From NCBI RefSeq assembly GCF_009914755.1, contig NC_060934.1: a stretch of 64,000 nt of DNA; one strand, given 5' to 3'. Position 1 is the stretch's first letter. Each line of letters opens with the position of its first letter. The DNA is from the human T2T-CHM13v2.0 reference genome, Homo sapiens. Shown here one piece after another: positions 1 through 21,633 of this stretch. The notes below the pieces were generated by a model. The model did not search any database. It was not told the origin of the DNA and saw nothing but the letters and a program-made list of their open reading frames with translations. The position numbers and the translations under genes are program-made.

Positions 1-19
1 GGGCCTCGCCAGAGGTCTA

Positions 20-420
20 TTCAGCATGCGCCTCCCTCAGTGGCCTTGTCTCATTCCCTGAAGGTTCCTTAGCACAGACCTTCACACCTGCAGTGGCCAT
101 CGTTTCTTCCCACACTCTTCCTGCCAAGCTAAGTCCCACTCATCCAACAAGCCTCAGCTTACATGTGACTTCCTCAAGATGCCTTCCTGACCTCCCAACT
201 TGGAGGGTTCCCTCCATATTTAATTTCTCAAGGCATCTTATTCTATTCCTTCTTAGTGTTAACAATTGCACCAAAATTATTATCTGTATAATTTGAGTGT
301 CAGAGTTTGTGTTGTTCACAGAACATCCCCAGAGTTTGGTGTGGTGTCCAGCCCATAGTAGGCACTCCATAAATACTTAAAGATTGGGTGGATGAATGAG
401 TGAATCAATGAACAAATAGT
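20..420 (+). mobile_element. L2 3' remnant
   Basis: Ends in catagtaggcactccataaatac...gatgaatgagtgaat, a typical L2 tail. Confidence 0.5.
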
Positions 421-771
421 GGCATTACCAGCCTGAGGCCTATAACCGACTCTGCAAGCACCATTCTGCAGAGCCTTGCTTCACTCGGCCCTTTCTTGGT
501 TTGTGGGGGCAAAAGGACACGCTGTTTAGAACCCAGCAGGCTGAGGACAGGCACCCCCATCACAAAAATCAGAGTCCCAAGTCCTTTTAGAAGCTGAGAC
601 AATCCAGTCTTCTGCTCTGTTAATAAGGCCAGTGACCAGGAGCTCACTCCTACTTGCTAGCAAGTTCTTCCCAATATCAGCCTTAATCGTGTCTCCTTAA
701 GAGTCCCCACCCATTTGTGAGATTTTTATTTGTTTGTGACTTCTGTATTTTCTAATTTTTATTTATTTATT

Positions 772-1377
<606 letters not shown>

Positions 1378-1869
1378 ATTCAACTTTCATAGAGTATATA
1401 TAAATTGCTTTTGTAATTAGAGAGAAAGCAATACATTTTCTAAAGTTCTAACTGCAGAATCTAGTTCTGCCCTTTATGTTAACAATAAAGGCAAAAAAAG
1501 AGAAAGAACCATATTACTGGCCTCCTCTCCCACATCATGTTGGCAACTGAGTCCAGCACAAGCACACCTTGGTCTTTGTGTTTGGACTTGCCTGCCATTT
1601 GCACATACAGTGAGCTGCCACTAACTAGCAAATGCTTTCCCCAGTTTTCAAAATGTGCCTTTACCAGCCTAGTGTTGAGGCCTGAAATAGTCTTGGGGCT
1701 ACCAGTCCTAACCCTGAGGGCACAGGCTGCCTCGCCAGGTATAGAGCCCTTGAGGGCAAAGATTGCCTGCTCCAGTTCAAGAGTAGGTCTTGGCATCCTG
1801 TGGCCAATCAACAGTACAGAATAGCTGGATGAGTAACCCACAGGTTTTTGTTTTGTTTTGTTTTTTGTT

Positions 1870-4695
<2,826 letters not shown>

Positions 4696-5552
4696 TAGAG
4701 AACTAACTAGACACTTCCAGAAGCCAGGAATACCCTATGCTTGCCTTATTTACCTTTGTATTTCAGATCCTACACACTGGCTAACACACAACAAGCACTC
4801 AATAAATATGAGGGTCTTAGTTCAAGAGCAAGGAAAGATCTGATAATGTGGCAATAACAATACACTACATTTTACAGTCAGTGGCAATTTAATGTTATTT
4901 CATTTCTCAACTCATCTCTGGGCAATGAGATTACAGATGTTCTTTTTTGTATTTTTATGCATTATCTGAATTGTTTACAAGGATGTATTTTGAAATAGAA
5001 AATAATAAACTTGACTCCCCATTAGGAAAAAGCAATTCTCATAACCATCATTGCCAGTTTTTTGACACCTTTTGGAAAAGGGTAGGGAATTAATTCTGCC
5101 ATTGACTATAATTCAGCAGGAGGGCCAAGTGAATTCCTTCATTTCATAATATTTAATCAACACCAACTTGTGTTAAGAATGGAACTAGGTAGGCATGAGG
5201 AATGTATATGTGCTCCAAATACCAGCTTATGGCCTAAGGAGAGAGACAGACATTGAACACATACTGCCACTAACAAGTGTCCAGGTGCAACTGTGGCAGC
5301 TGCTATGGGAAAGGTAATAGAGCACCTGTGACCCTGAGATTGGTCTCCTGCTTGGGCCTAACTCCATATGTTTGCTCTTACAAATGTGTTTCCCTACCCA
5401 GAAGGCCCTTCCTTCTTCCTCCATATAGTCAAACTTGACTTTGCTTTGGAATCTTGCTTAAATCTCTAGTTCCTGTTCAAGGTCTGTCTGATTGGAGGCT
5501 TCCTTCGGGTAATGTCAGATAGCACCACCAAGATAATGCAATTCGTTAGGAG

Positions 5553-6305
<753 letters not shown>

Positions 6306-6436
6306 GAAGCCTTAACTCCCCAACTAGAGTCTACCATTTTAGAAGGCATGGATCAGCTCTTCCATGTCTTTGAAAGCTTCCATGGAGCCTAGCTGAGGGA
6401 TTATTGTCAGGAGGTGTTCAAGAAATCCCTGAAGAG

Positions 6437-6761
<325 letters not shown>

Positions 6762-7588
6762 TTAACAGGCTCTCTGGAAGCAACTTTGTGCACCTTCTGG
6801 AAACAATAGAAGACATGTACCGGTACCTACTTAAACCTCAGAGTGCAATTCACATGGTGGCAGAGATCCCCAAAGCACAACCCTGATTCTTTCTCCATCC
6901 TGAAAACACTGCCCCACACCTTCTAAGACAGTAACGGATTTAGATAGAAATGACTGTCCATTTGGGTTTTAACTTAGCACAGCCCTAGCCAGTGAAGAAA
7001 AGACAAAAGAACAAGGCAGAAGAATATTGTGGCCTTGGAAGAAATTCCTGACACTGGTCTCTGACCATCATTTTATGACATGTGTACCTGTTTCAATCTT
7101 CATCTTCCTCTCAGCCTATTAAGTCATGCAGCGAGCTCCTACCTCTCACTTCCTTCTATCCCCGACCAAGCTTAAATCAGCCTCAGAGGCTGGAGATAAA
7201 CCAGGCTCAGAGGAGGGGCCTGGTGGTTTCTCAGTCAATTTGCATTCCAAGCTCAAATTTTCATTTCTAAACCTACAATTTCATTTCCAGGCTTTCCCTT
7301 GGTTCCAGAGCTGGCTGCTGCTTAGGCGAGAGTGGGAGGGGGGGGCCTCAGTCAGAAATCTCAAGCAACTGGACCAGAGGTAGAATGCCTCAGGCCATTT
7401 TTCAATGCCAGTCCCCATTGTTATGGGTCCCACATCGACCTGGTGCTCTTGTTTAACCCCTTTTGCATCTGTAAAAATCATTTTCATTATCCCTTAGTCC
7501 CAGTGGAGAAACAGGCAAAGGATAGGTTCAGACTGTTCGAAGAAGAGAATTCCAAATGTCTCTGAACACATGAAAAGATGCTCAACAG

Positions 7589-7891
<303 letters not shown>

Positions 7892-8009
7892 GAAAAGATG
7901 CTCAATTACACTCATCATAATAGAAATTCAAATTAAAAGCATAAGGGGAATATATCAGATTGGCAAAGATCAGAACATTAGCTAACACGGTCCGGTAAGA
8001 TCATGGGGC

Positions 8010-8739
8010 CTCTTTCCAGCCAGCGCCGAGTGATGGGCATCTCTCAGGACAACTGGCACAAGCGCCGCAAGACTGGCAGCAAGAGAAAGCCCTACGACAA
8101 GAAGCGGAAGTATGAGTTGGGGCACCTGGCTGCCAACACCAAGATTGGCCCCCACCACATCCACACAGTCCGTGTGCGGGGAGGTAACAATAAATACGGT
8201 GCCCTGAGGCGGGACATGGGGAATTTCTCCTGGGGTTCAGAGTGTTGTACTCGCAAAACAAGGATCACTGATGTTGTCTACGATGCGCCCAATAGCAAGC
8301 TGGTCCGTACCAAGACCCTGGTGGAGAACTGCTTCGTGCTCACTGACAGCACACCGTACCACCAGTGGTATGAGTCCCACTATGCGCTGCCCCTGGGCTG
8401 CAAGAAGGGAGCCAAACTGACTCCTGAGGAAGAAAAGACTTTAAACAAAAAACGATCTAAAAAAATTCAGAAGAAATACGATGAAAGGGAAAAGAATGCC
8501 AAAATCAGCCGTCTCCTGGGGGAGCAGTTCCAGCAGGGCAAGCTTCTTGCATGCGTCGCTTCAAGGCTGGGACAGTGTGGCCAAGCCCATGTCTATGTGC
8601 CAGGGGGCAAGGAGATGGAGTTCTATCTTAGGAAAATCAAGGCCCGGAAAGGCAAATAAATCCTCATCCTTTCTGTCTTTGCCCATGGAATAAAGGTGTC
8701 TATTGTTCTGTGGCAAAAAAAAAAAAAAAAAAAAAAAAA
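8010..8739 (+). pseudogene. RPS8P4: RPS8 processed retrocopy (probably RPS8P4), full-length with open 208-codon ORF at 8033-8659
   Basis: Starts with the 5'TOP ctctttccagcc, intronless, about 84% aa identity to RPS8. AATAAA at 8689, poly(A) at 8715-8739, TSD tcatgggg at 8001-8008 and 8741-8748. The P4 number is from memory of the locus. Confidence 0.93.
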
Positions 8740-8934
8740 GTCATGGGGAACGTGCACTCTGAACGCTACTGGTGCGAGGCTGACCTTCCCTGACCTCCTT
8801 GGAGACAAATTTGGCAAAATAACTTAAATTTTAAAACGCATTGGCCTGATGATGGAGCACTTCCACTTCCAGGTATTGATAGACCTACTCGTACTTTCTT
8901 GCAAAATGACCTGTGCACAAGAAAATACACTGAA

Positions 8935-9314
<380 letters not shown>

Positions 9315-9669
9315 AATGCAGCATTGTTTGTAATAGCAGAAGATTGGAAACTATCTAAATATCTATTAATAGGAGACCAGTTCAATAAATTAGGAAGTAC
9401 TGTACAGTCACTTAAAGGAGTAAAGAGGCTCTGTGTGGAGTGATATGGAAAATTTCACAGGAACATTGTTAAGTAAAAAGAGGAAGGTGAATGCCAGTGC
9501 ACATGGCTATCATTTTACGAGTAGGAAGAACGTGCACATATATGTTGGTAAATGAATGGGAGACCCCCTGGAAAAACACCCAGTAAGCTGGAGACATTGG
9601 TTGCCTCTAGAGCAGGGAACTGGGAAGCTGGGGAGCATAGAGGAAGGGAAGTTTCTTTTTCTTTTCTTT

Positions 9670-9992
9670 TCTTTTTTTTTTTTTTTGAGACAGAGTCTTG
9701 CTCTGTGACCCAAGTTAGAGTGCAGTAGCATGATCTCGGCTGACTGCAACCTCCGCCTCCTGGGTTCAAGTGATTCTCCTGCCTCAGCCTCCCAATGAGC
9801 TGGGATTATAGGTGCCACCATGCTGGGCTAGTTTTTTGTGTTTTTTTTTGTTTGTTTTTTTTTTGTATTTTTAGTAGAGACGGGTTTCACCATGTTGGCC
9901 AGGTTGGTCTTGAACTTCTGACCTCAGGCAATCAGCCCACCTCGGCCTCCCAAAGTGCAGGGATTACAAGTGTGAGCCACTGAGACTAGCCG
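9670..9992 (-). mobile_element. Alu
   Basis: Antisense Alu consensus. Confidence 0.9.
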
Positions 9993-10017
9993 GGAGGTTT
10001 ATTTTTCATCGAGTACC

Positions 10018-10902
<885 letters not shown>

Positions 10903-11325
10903 GTCTCCTTTGGCACCTGGAGTTCTGTATCATGTGTATACTACTGATTATTGATTTAAAACTTTTTTCAACACAAATGTCTCCCGGAAGCCTTCCCAGA
11001 TTCACTAGGCTGAGTTAGTTGCTCTGTCTTTTCGGCTCCCACAGCATTTTATCTGTATCTCTGCAATAGCACTTACCACGTTGTAATGTAACTTAACTCT
11101 TCACAGGGTTCTTGACTCCACAAAATCATTAACTCCTGAGCACAGAGGCTGAGCCTGTTTCATTCATCATTGTAATTCCAGAGACTGGCATCAAATGCTT
11201 GTTGGAGTGAATAAACAAATGGGTAACCAGACATTTTTCACTTCCCTCCTACATTCGTATCATTATTTATTGGTTTTTGGCTTGACAAGCTATCCATTCA
11301 TTCATGTTTAGTCAGGGTGATATAA

Positions 11326-12345
<1,020 letters not shown>

Positions 12346-12399
12346 AATGCAGTTCAGCTGCTCAGCTAGGACTCACCTAAAAAAGAGAAGCAGCAAGAG

Positions 12400-12615
12400 G
12401 TGGAGGGCTGTTTTGCCTTGTGGTTAAATACAGGTTGCAGAATCAGCCAGACCTGGCTTCAAATCCTGGTTTTACCTGCTGGTCAGCTATGTGAGCTCAG
12501 GCAAGTTATTCAACATCTCCAAGCCTATTTCCTCAACCATGCAATGGGTTTAATAAAAGCCTGTGCTTCCTAGAGTTGCTGGGTAGATAAATGAGATCAG
12601 GACAGTGTCTGATAT
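12400..12615 (+). mobile_element. MIR remnant
   Basis: ggcttcaaatcctgg...tgtgagctcaggcaagttattcaacatctccaagcct MIR core. Confidence 0.55.
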
Positions 12616-12642
12616 TAAAAAAAAAGAAAAAAGAAAAAAAAT

Positions 12643-12910
12643 AGCTGAGTGCAATGGCTCTCGCCCATAATTCCAACACTTCGGGAAGCAGAGGCAGGTG
12701 GATTGCTTGAGGTTGGCAGTTCGAGACTAGCCTGGCCAACATGGTGAAACCCCATCTCTGCTAAAAACACAAAAATTAGCCAGTGTGGTGCCACACACCC
12801 ATAATACCAGCTACTCAGGAGGCAGAGGTTGCAGTGAGCTGAGATCCCATCACTGCACTCAGCCTGGGCAACAGAGCGAGACTCCACCTCAAAAACTAAA
12901 AAGTAAAAAA
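12643..12910 (+). mobile_element. Alu (internally deleted)
   Basis: Alu consensus with a shortened right arm. Confidence 0.85.
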
Positions 12911-14669
12911 TAGTTAGCGTTTGATGCTAGAGTCCCCAGTACCATGGTTCCTGCCATTCTTTCAGGGAAGAATGTAGAGAGTTAAATAGCTAAACAGGAT
13001 GGTTTGTGATTAAAGGCCCAGGATGTACCTGCCACACAAGGTCAGAGAGCACAGGGCGACTGGGCTCAAGCAGGCACAGACTTTAACTTTTAATAACAAA
13101 CAGATGCAAAGTTAGTGCTGCAATCTGAAACTCTGCAGCGAAGCCATATTGATTTCCCCTTCCACCTCCAGCAGGGCGTATTTATAGAGCTTATCATAGA
13201 AGTCTGCACAGTATAACCAGGCCGGACGTCTTCTATCCCCCTCAGTGCTAATACCTACTGCCTGTAGCCCTTCTCTCCCAGTGCACTCGACCATCAGGAC
13301 ATTAGAGAGAGGCCATGGCTTCCATCCAGATGGCCCTGGCCTCCTTTTATCTAGGCTGCCCCTAGTGGAAGGGCCCCCTGAGAGGGCATGGCTAGTGAAG
13401 GTGTGCATGGCTGCACGTGCCGATCTCTCACAACATCCCAAAAGCAAAAAAAACGACCTGGGATGACCAGCATTTTGCACCGATCAGGGAGAACTGGCTG
13501 TTCTCCTATGCTGGCTCTTGTGTTCCAATAGAAATGGATTAAATCACCCAGACGCTGAAATCTTGTGGTTGACATTTTCATTTAAAACTCACCATTATAG
13601 CTGGGCTTGAGTCCTCTGTCTGTGACCTGTGCTATGAGTCAGTCAGGCCTGGGCACAGCATTAATAGGGCTGATTTATAATCTTCCACAGCAGCCAGCTA
13701 CGGCTCCTGTTTCCTCAGCATTGAGAAAAAATCATTCGCACAAAACGTTGTTTCTCAATTCTAGCTTTTTACATTTTTTCCCTTGGTGACAAGTGGGACT
13801 AAGCCGTTGATTCACTTATGTTTGAGCTCCTGGTTAATAGCGTGGGATCCGGCGTCAATTGCCACAATTCAAATCCCGCCTCCACAAATCAAGAGCCTTG
13901 TGTTAACGTCTCCAAACCTTAGTTGCTTCATCTGTAAAAGGAGAATCATAATAACGCCTACCCAGAAGGCTGCTGAGAGGATTGTTCCAGGCTTGGTTCC
14001 TCAGGAAGCTGACTATGAGAGGTAGCAAGCTGGACTTTATTACGGAATTCTCCTAGGAGCAACACAGGAAGCAGGACTGTGCAGAGGGAGAAGCTGAGCT
14101 GTGATGCAGTCCCAAAGAAAGCAGCAGTCAACCCCAGAGGGCGCTCTGGAGCCGGGGTAGCCCGTTAGCCCTATCCTGAGTTGGACCGAAGGGGCTGGGC
14201 CTCTAAGCCCCTCAATAAATCAGTCACTAGATGCAGGTTGTCCCTGGAGGGATGTGTGACCTTGGGCGAGGCAGTTTTCTTCAGCTGCATCAGTCCCCAT
14301 AGGTAGCTGAGATTCGGCTTCCTACAGCATCCCCAACAGTAGGTGGAATAAGTCCCTCATCCCTGAAAGTGGATCTGGGCAGCACGCATCACAGCTTCTC
14401 CCATAAAAATTAAATGCAGTAATCCACACAAAGCCGTTCACACAGTACCTGGCATGCAGTAAATGTTCAATAAATGGTAGCCATTACAACTATTGTTGCT
14501 TTAGTAACTACTGTCTGTCAGGCACCATGCTAGAGGCTGGGGACCCAGTGGTGATTGACAAGTCTGCTCCTGCCCTCATGAAACTCAATCCATGGACACA
14601 TTAGACCATCAGACAAGCAATTGCAATTCAGTGCAATTGACAGGGTGGCATGGGATGTATAAGGGAGCA

Positions 14670-15629
<960 letters not shown>

Positions 15630-15637
15630 GAGCACCT

Positions 15638-15676
15638 ATTGGGTTGGTGCAAAAGTAATCACAGTTTTTGCCATAA
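15638..15676 (+). mobile_element. MADE1/Hsmar1 terminal inverted repeat fragment
   Basis: ttgggttggtgcaaaagtaatcacagtttttgccat resembles the Hsmar1 TIR TTAGGTTGGTGCAAAAGTAATTGCGGTTTTTGCCAT. Confidence 0.75.
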
Positions 15677-16086
15677 TAGAAGGGACACATGACTCAGACC
15701 AGGAGGATGAAGAAGAGAGATGCCACAGGTAATACCTGATGATGAAGGGGGGTCAGCCAGGCAAAGAGAGCGGGAGGCCATTGGGTGTTGGAGAGAAGGG
15801 CTCTCCAGGTGGAGGAAGCAGGGTGGGCAGAGGCAAGGGCAGGCTGTGTCAGTGCCTGCATGATATGGTGCAGCAAGGCCAGCCAGAGTGCACACCAGGC
15901 TGAGGGGAGGAAGGTCTTGTGTACACCAAGCCAAGGAGTGTGGAGTCAACAGAGAGGCATTAAAGAATTCTAGGCAGAGAAGGGGCAAGGCCTGTTTTGT
16001 GCTTGAAAGATTGCTCTGGCTACCATGTGGGCAACGAATTGGAGATGAACAAGATTAGAGGCTGGTTTACGTGACCAACTGCTTAC

Positions 16087-16134
16087 GCACACACACAGAC
16101 ACACACACATACACACATACACACACACACACAC
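16087..16134. repeat. (CA)n microsatellite
   Basis: Interrupted CA run. Confidence 0.9.
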
Positions 16135-16288
16135 AAAGATTAGAGTCTGGGAGATCCATCAGGAGGCCGTGCCAAGATCCAGATGACAGGCAAAGGTAAC
16201 CTGGACGGGTTGGTGGCACTAAAGACAGACAGGAGTTCACAATCAAGGAATATCTAGGAAGTGGAATCCACAGATTTAAGGATAATTA

Positions 16289-16669
<381 letters not shown>

Positions 16670-16829
16670 CTAAAGAGGGAGTGTCTGAGGGCCTGGAGAA
16701 AAGAAAAAGCCACCGAGGACAGACATGATGCTCAGTATTCAACGTGGCTCAAAGCAGCTTCTTCCAGCCAGCTCTCCAAGACTTGTGTCTCTGTTTTAGA
16801 CAAACCCTGCGGAAGTCCCTAGCGGAGGA

Positions 16830-17212
16830 TAACTCTTCTGCGGTGAGCAGGTCTATGCACACCTACCCTCAAAGGCTGAGGAAACTGAGAAGCTGAAGAA
16901 AGAGGTGGACAAATCCAGTTTCTCAGAGAGAAACACTTAATAGGGACTTACAAACACAAGCCATGTCCTGGATGGCTGCAAGACAAGATGGCGGGTCCCT
17001 GCACTGTTACCCTGAAGTCCCAGGGCTTGTATACCACAGGGAATTCGCCACAGGCAGGATTTATAGTAAGTATGCGTTTACAGTAACACCAACGTTATTT
17101 TGACCGAAGGGTAAGTATGTGAAAATAGAAATCTTAGAGGCATTCCTGGAACGGGTTCATCAGAAACGAACATGGCAGATGAGCATCCAGGATGGAGCTG
17201 CTTTAGCCTCCA
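16830..17212 (-). mobile_element. ERV solo LTR (LTR47/MER72-like)
   Basis: Minus strand begins ggaggctaaagcagctccatcctggatgctcatctgccatgtt...caggaatgcctctaagatttc. Subfamily uncertain. Confidence 0.55.
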
Positions 17213-17251
17213 GAGCAACTGTCAGAAGCAGCTATGTTAATCCCAGAGTAA

Positions 17252-17617
<366 letters not shown>

Positions 17618-18454
17618 TAAACTGTAGTTACTTAAACTGTAGTGGAAAGCAAATTGAGCAAGGAAGAAGATAGAAATAAAATTTCACTCTGGATTCAATC
17701 TTCGATAAACATCAACATTTATTGAATATGGACTCTGGGTTCAGGGCTGCAGACATAAGGAAGCATAAGGCAGACACTGACTAGTGAATTTGGGGGTCTA
17801 GTTCCTTCAACAGTAATATTTCCTATGGGAAACTAGTGCACTGACATTCGGGTTTATACACCTGTCTCTAACATGTTTGGTGACCTGCATCAGTCCCTGG
17901 GGCCTGATCATCACTGGAGTTACTGGACTCCAAAGCGGATAAGCATACTTTTACAAGTGAGAATCATTCCATTGGAAATGATAGGCAGGCCTCTCTGGCA
18001 TTTTCTCCAGAAGGAGTAAGCTGAGGGCAGGAAGGGGCAGAGGTATTGACTGGGGTTCGAGGATATTCTCTGATTCCGAATTGAAAACTAGGCCCAATAT
18101 TAGTTCAAAGCGTTTCTGGGGAAGGGAATGAGTCAGTATGCCTAAAGATCTAAAATGTCACCTCCCAAACATTCTCTCTTTCTGGAACACAGTCTCTCTT
18201 TCCCAGGGGAATTGGGGTGCTCATTGACGTTTGTTAAATAAAAGTTATAAGAGGTCACTGTTTTGGACTAAGCTCCTGCATTAGGCCTTAACAAACCCGA
18301 CGAAAAATCAGAAAGGAGTCACTCATGCTAAAGTTCCACATCACCAAACCAAAACCAAGTTGTTATCTGACTTTCTGAGAAATCAGGAGAGGTGATAGTC
18401 TAATTTCCCAAACAGGCTACTTTCGAATGAGGGGTGAGGGTTGGGGAGTGACAG

Positions 18455-19588
<1,134 letters not shown>

Positions 19589-19659
19589 CAGTAATCTGAA
19601 GTATGTAACCTGATGTTACATTTCTCTCAATCATTTCTCTCTTTCTTTCTCTCTCTTTC

Positions 19660-19945
19660 TTTTAAAGAGATAGGGTCTTGCTCTGTCGCTTAGGTTGGCA
19701 TGAAGAGCAAAATCATAGCTCATGGCAGCTTCAAACTCCTGGGCTCAAATGAGCCTCCCACCTCAGCCTCCTGAGTAGCTGGGACTACAGGCATAAGCCA
19801 CTGCACCTGGCTTATTTTTTGTTTATGCAGAGATGGGGGTCTTACTGTGTTGTCCAGGCTGGTCTCAAACTCCTGGACTCAAGAGGTCCTCCAGTCTTGA
19901 CTTTCCAAAGTGCTGGCATTATAGGCATGAGCCATGGTGGCAAGC
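19660..19945 (-). mobile_element. AluJ
   Basis: Diverged antisense Alu. Confidence 0.85.
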
Positions 19946-20455
19946 CCTCATCAGTTATTTTTCTATGATTCTGTCTCTCTGTCCCCTCCTTACAAGGAAA
20001 GTAATTTTGAAACAACCAATCCAGTCTTGGTTCTTTGTTTCTGCTTTCTTCAGCCCTTCTCTGTCTATAAAACCAACCTCTTCTGCTCAGCTCATGGGAG
20101 CACTTATTCTAATTTAATGGAGATGTTGCCCAATTTCTAGAATCACAAATAAGATCTTTAACAATAAAAGTTAAAAAATGAAAATCAACAACAACAACAA
20201 CAAAAAAGATCTTTAAATGTGTTGTAATTTTCTCCTTTGACAGGTTACAAGTGCAATTGAATAAACCAAACAAAAAATGTCATGGTTATTCGGTCTTTAC
20301 TTCCCAAATCAGGGTCAAGATATAAGATAGCAAGAACCAATCTCTACCATAAAAAAGATCCAGACCCAAGAAAATGTGATTTATCTTTAAAGCTGCAACG
20401 AAACTTTCTTTTTAGTCTAGGAGACTAAAAGCCATCAGTTGATACAATCTCTTTT

Positions 20456-20470
20456 TTTCTTGAAGTTTCC
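20456..20470. promoter_or_regulatory. Perfect 3-unit heat shock element
   Basis: tTTCt-tGAAg-tTTCc matches nTTCnnGAAnnTTCn. BAG3 is an established HSF1 target. Confidence 0.65.
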
Positions 20471-20943
20471 AAAGGAAGGCAGGTGAGTTTGCACTGACTT
20501 CCATTTTCTCCCTGGCTTCCTTCCGGTGTCAGATGAGAGTCCCCGCGCTCCTCCCGGACAGCCCTCAGGGTCCTCGGCTATCATATATGGGGGAGGGGGT
20601 GGAGGTGGGCGAGATGGTTTTGTTTGTACAGGAAGGACGGGCGGCAGGCACGGGGAGCACGGGCTCCGGCCCCGGGAACACTCACTCGGCGCAAAGGAGA
20701 GGGAGAGAGCGACTATGAAAGCCGAAACCCGCCCGGGGCGCACGGAGGACGGCCCCAGTCCAGCTCGTCCGGCTTCCCACCCGCAGGCGGACCCCGAAGC
20801 CGCGCCCGCGCCCGCCCGCGGCGACTCCGGCCCGGGCACGCGCACGAGTCGGAAGGGGGAGGGGCGGGAGGAGGTGGGGGAGGGGCGAGCGGGCCGAGGC
20901 CCCGCCCCCGCTCCTCTGCCCCGCCCGCCGCGATTATAGCCGA

Positions 20944-21633
<690 letters not shown>

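Noticed and set aside
13112-13480. Protein-looking minus-strand ORF (ADFYDKLYKYALLEVEGEINMA), and similar ones at 7281-7487 and 1479-1955
   Set aside because: No homologue I can recognise and no coherent exon chain; a tBLASTn/PhyloCSF check would be needed.
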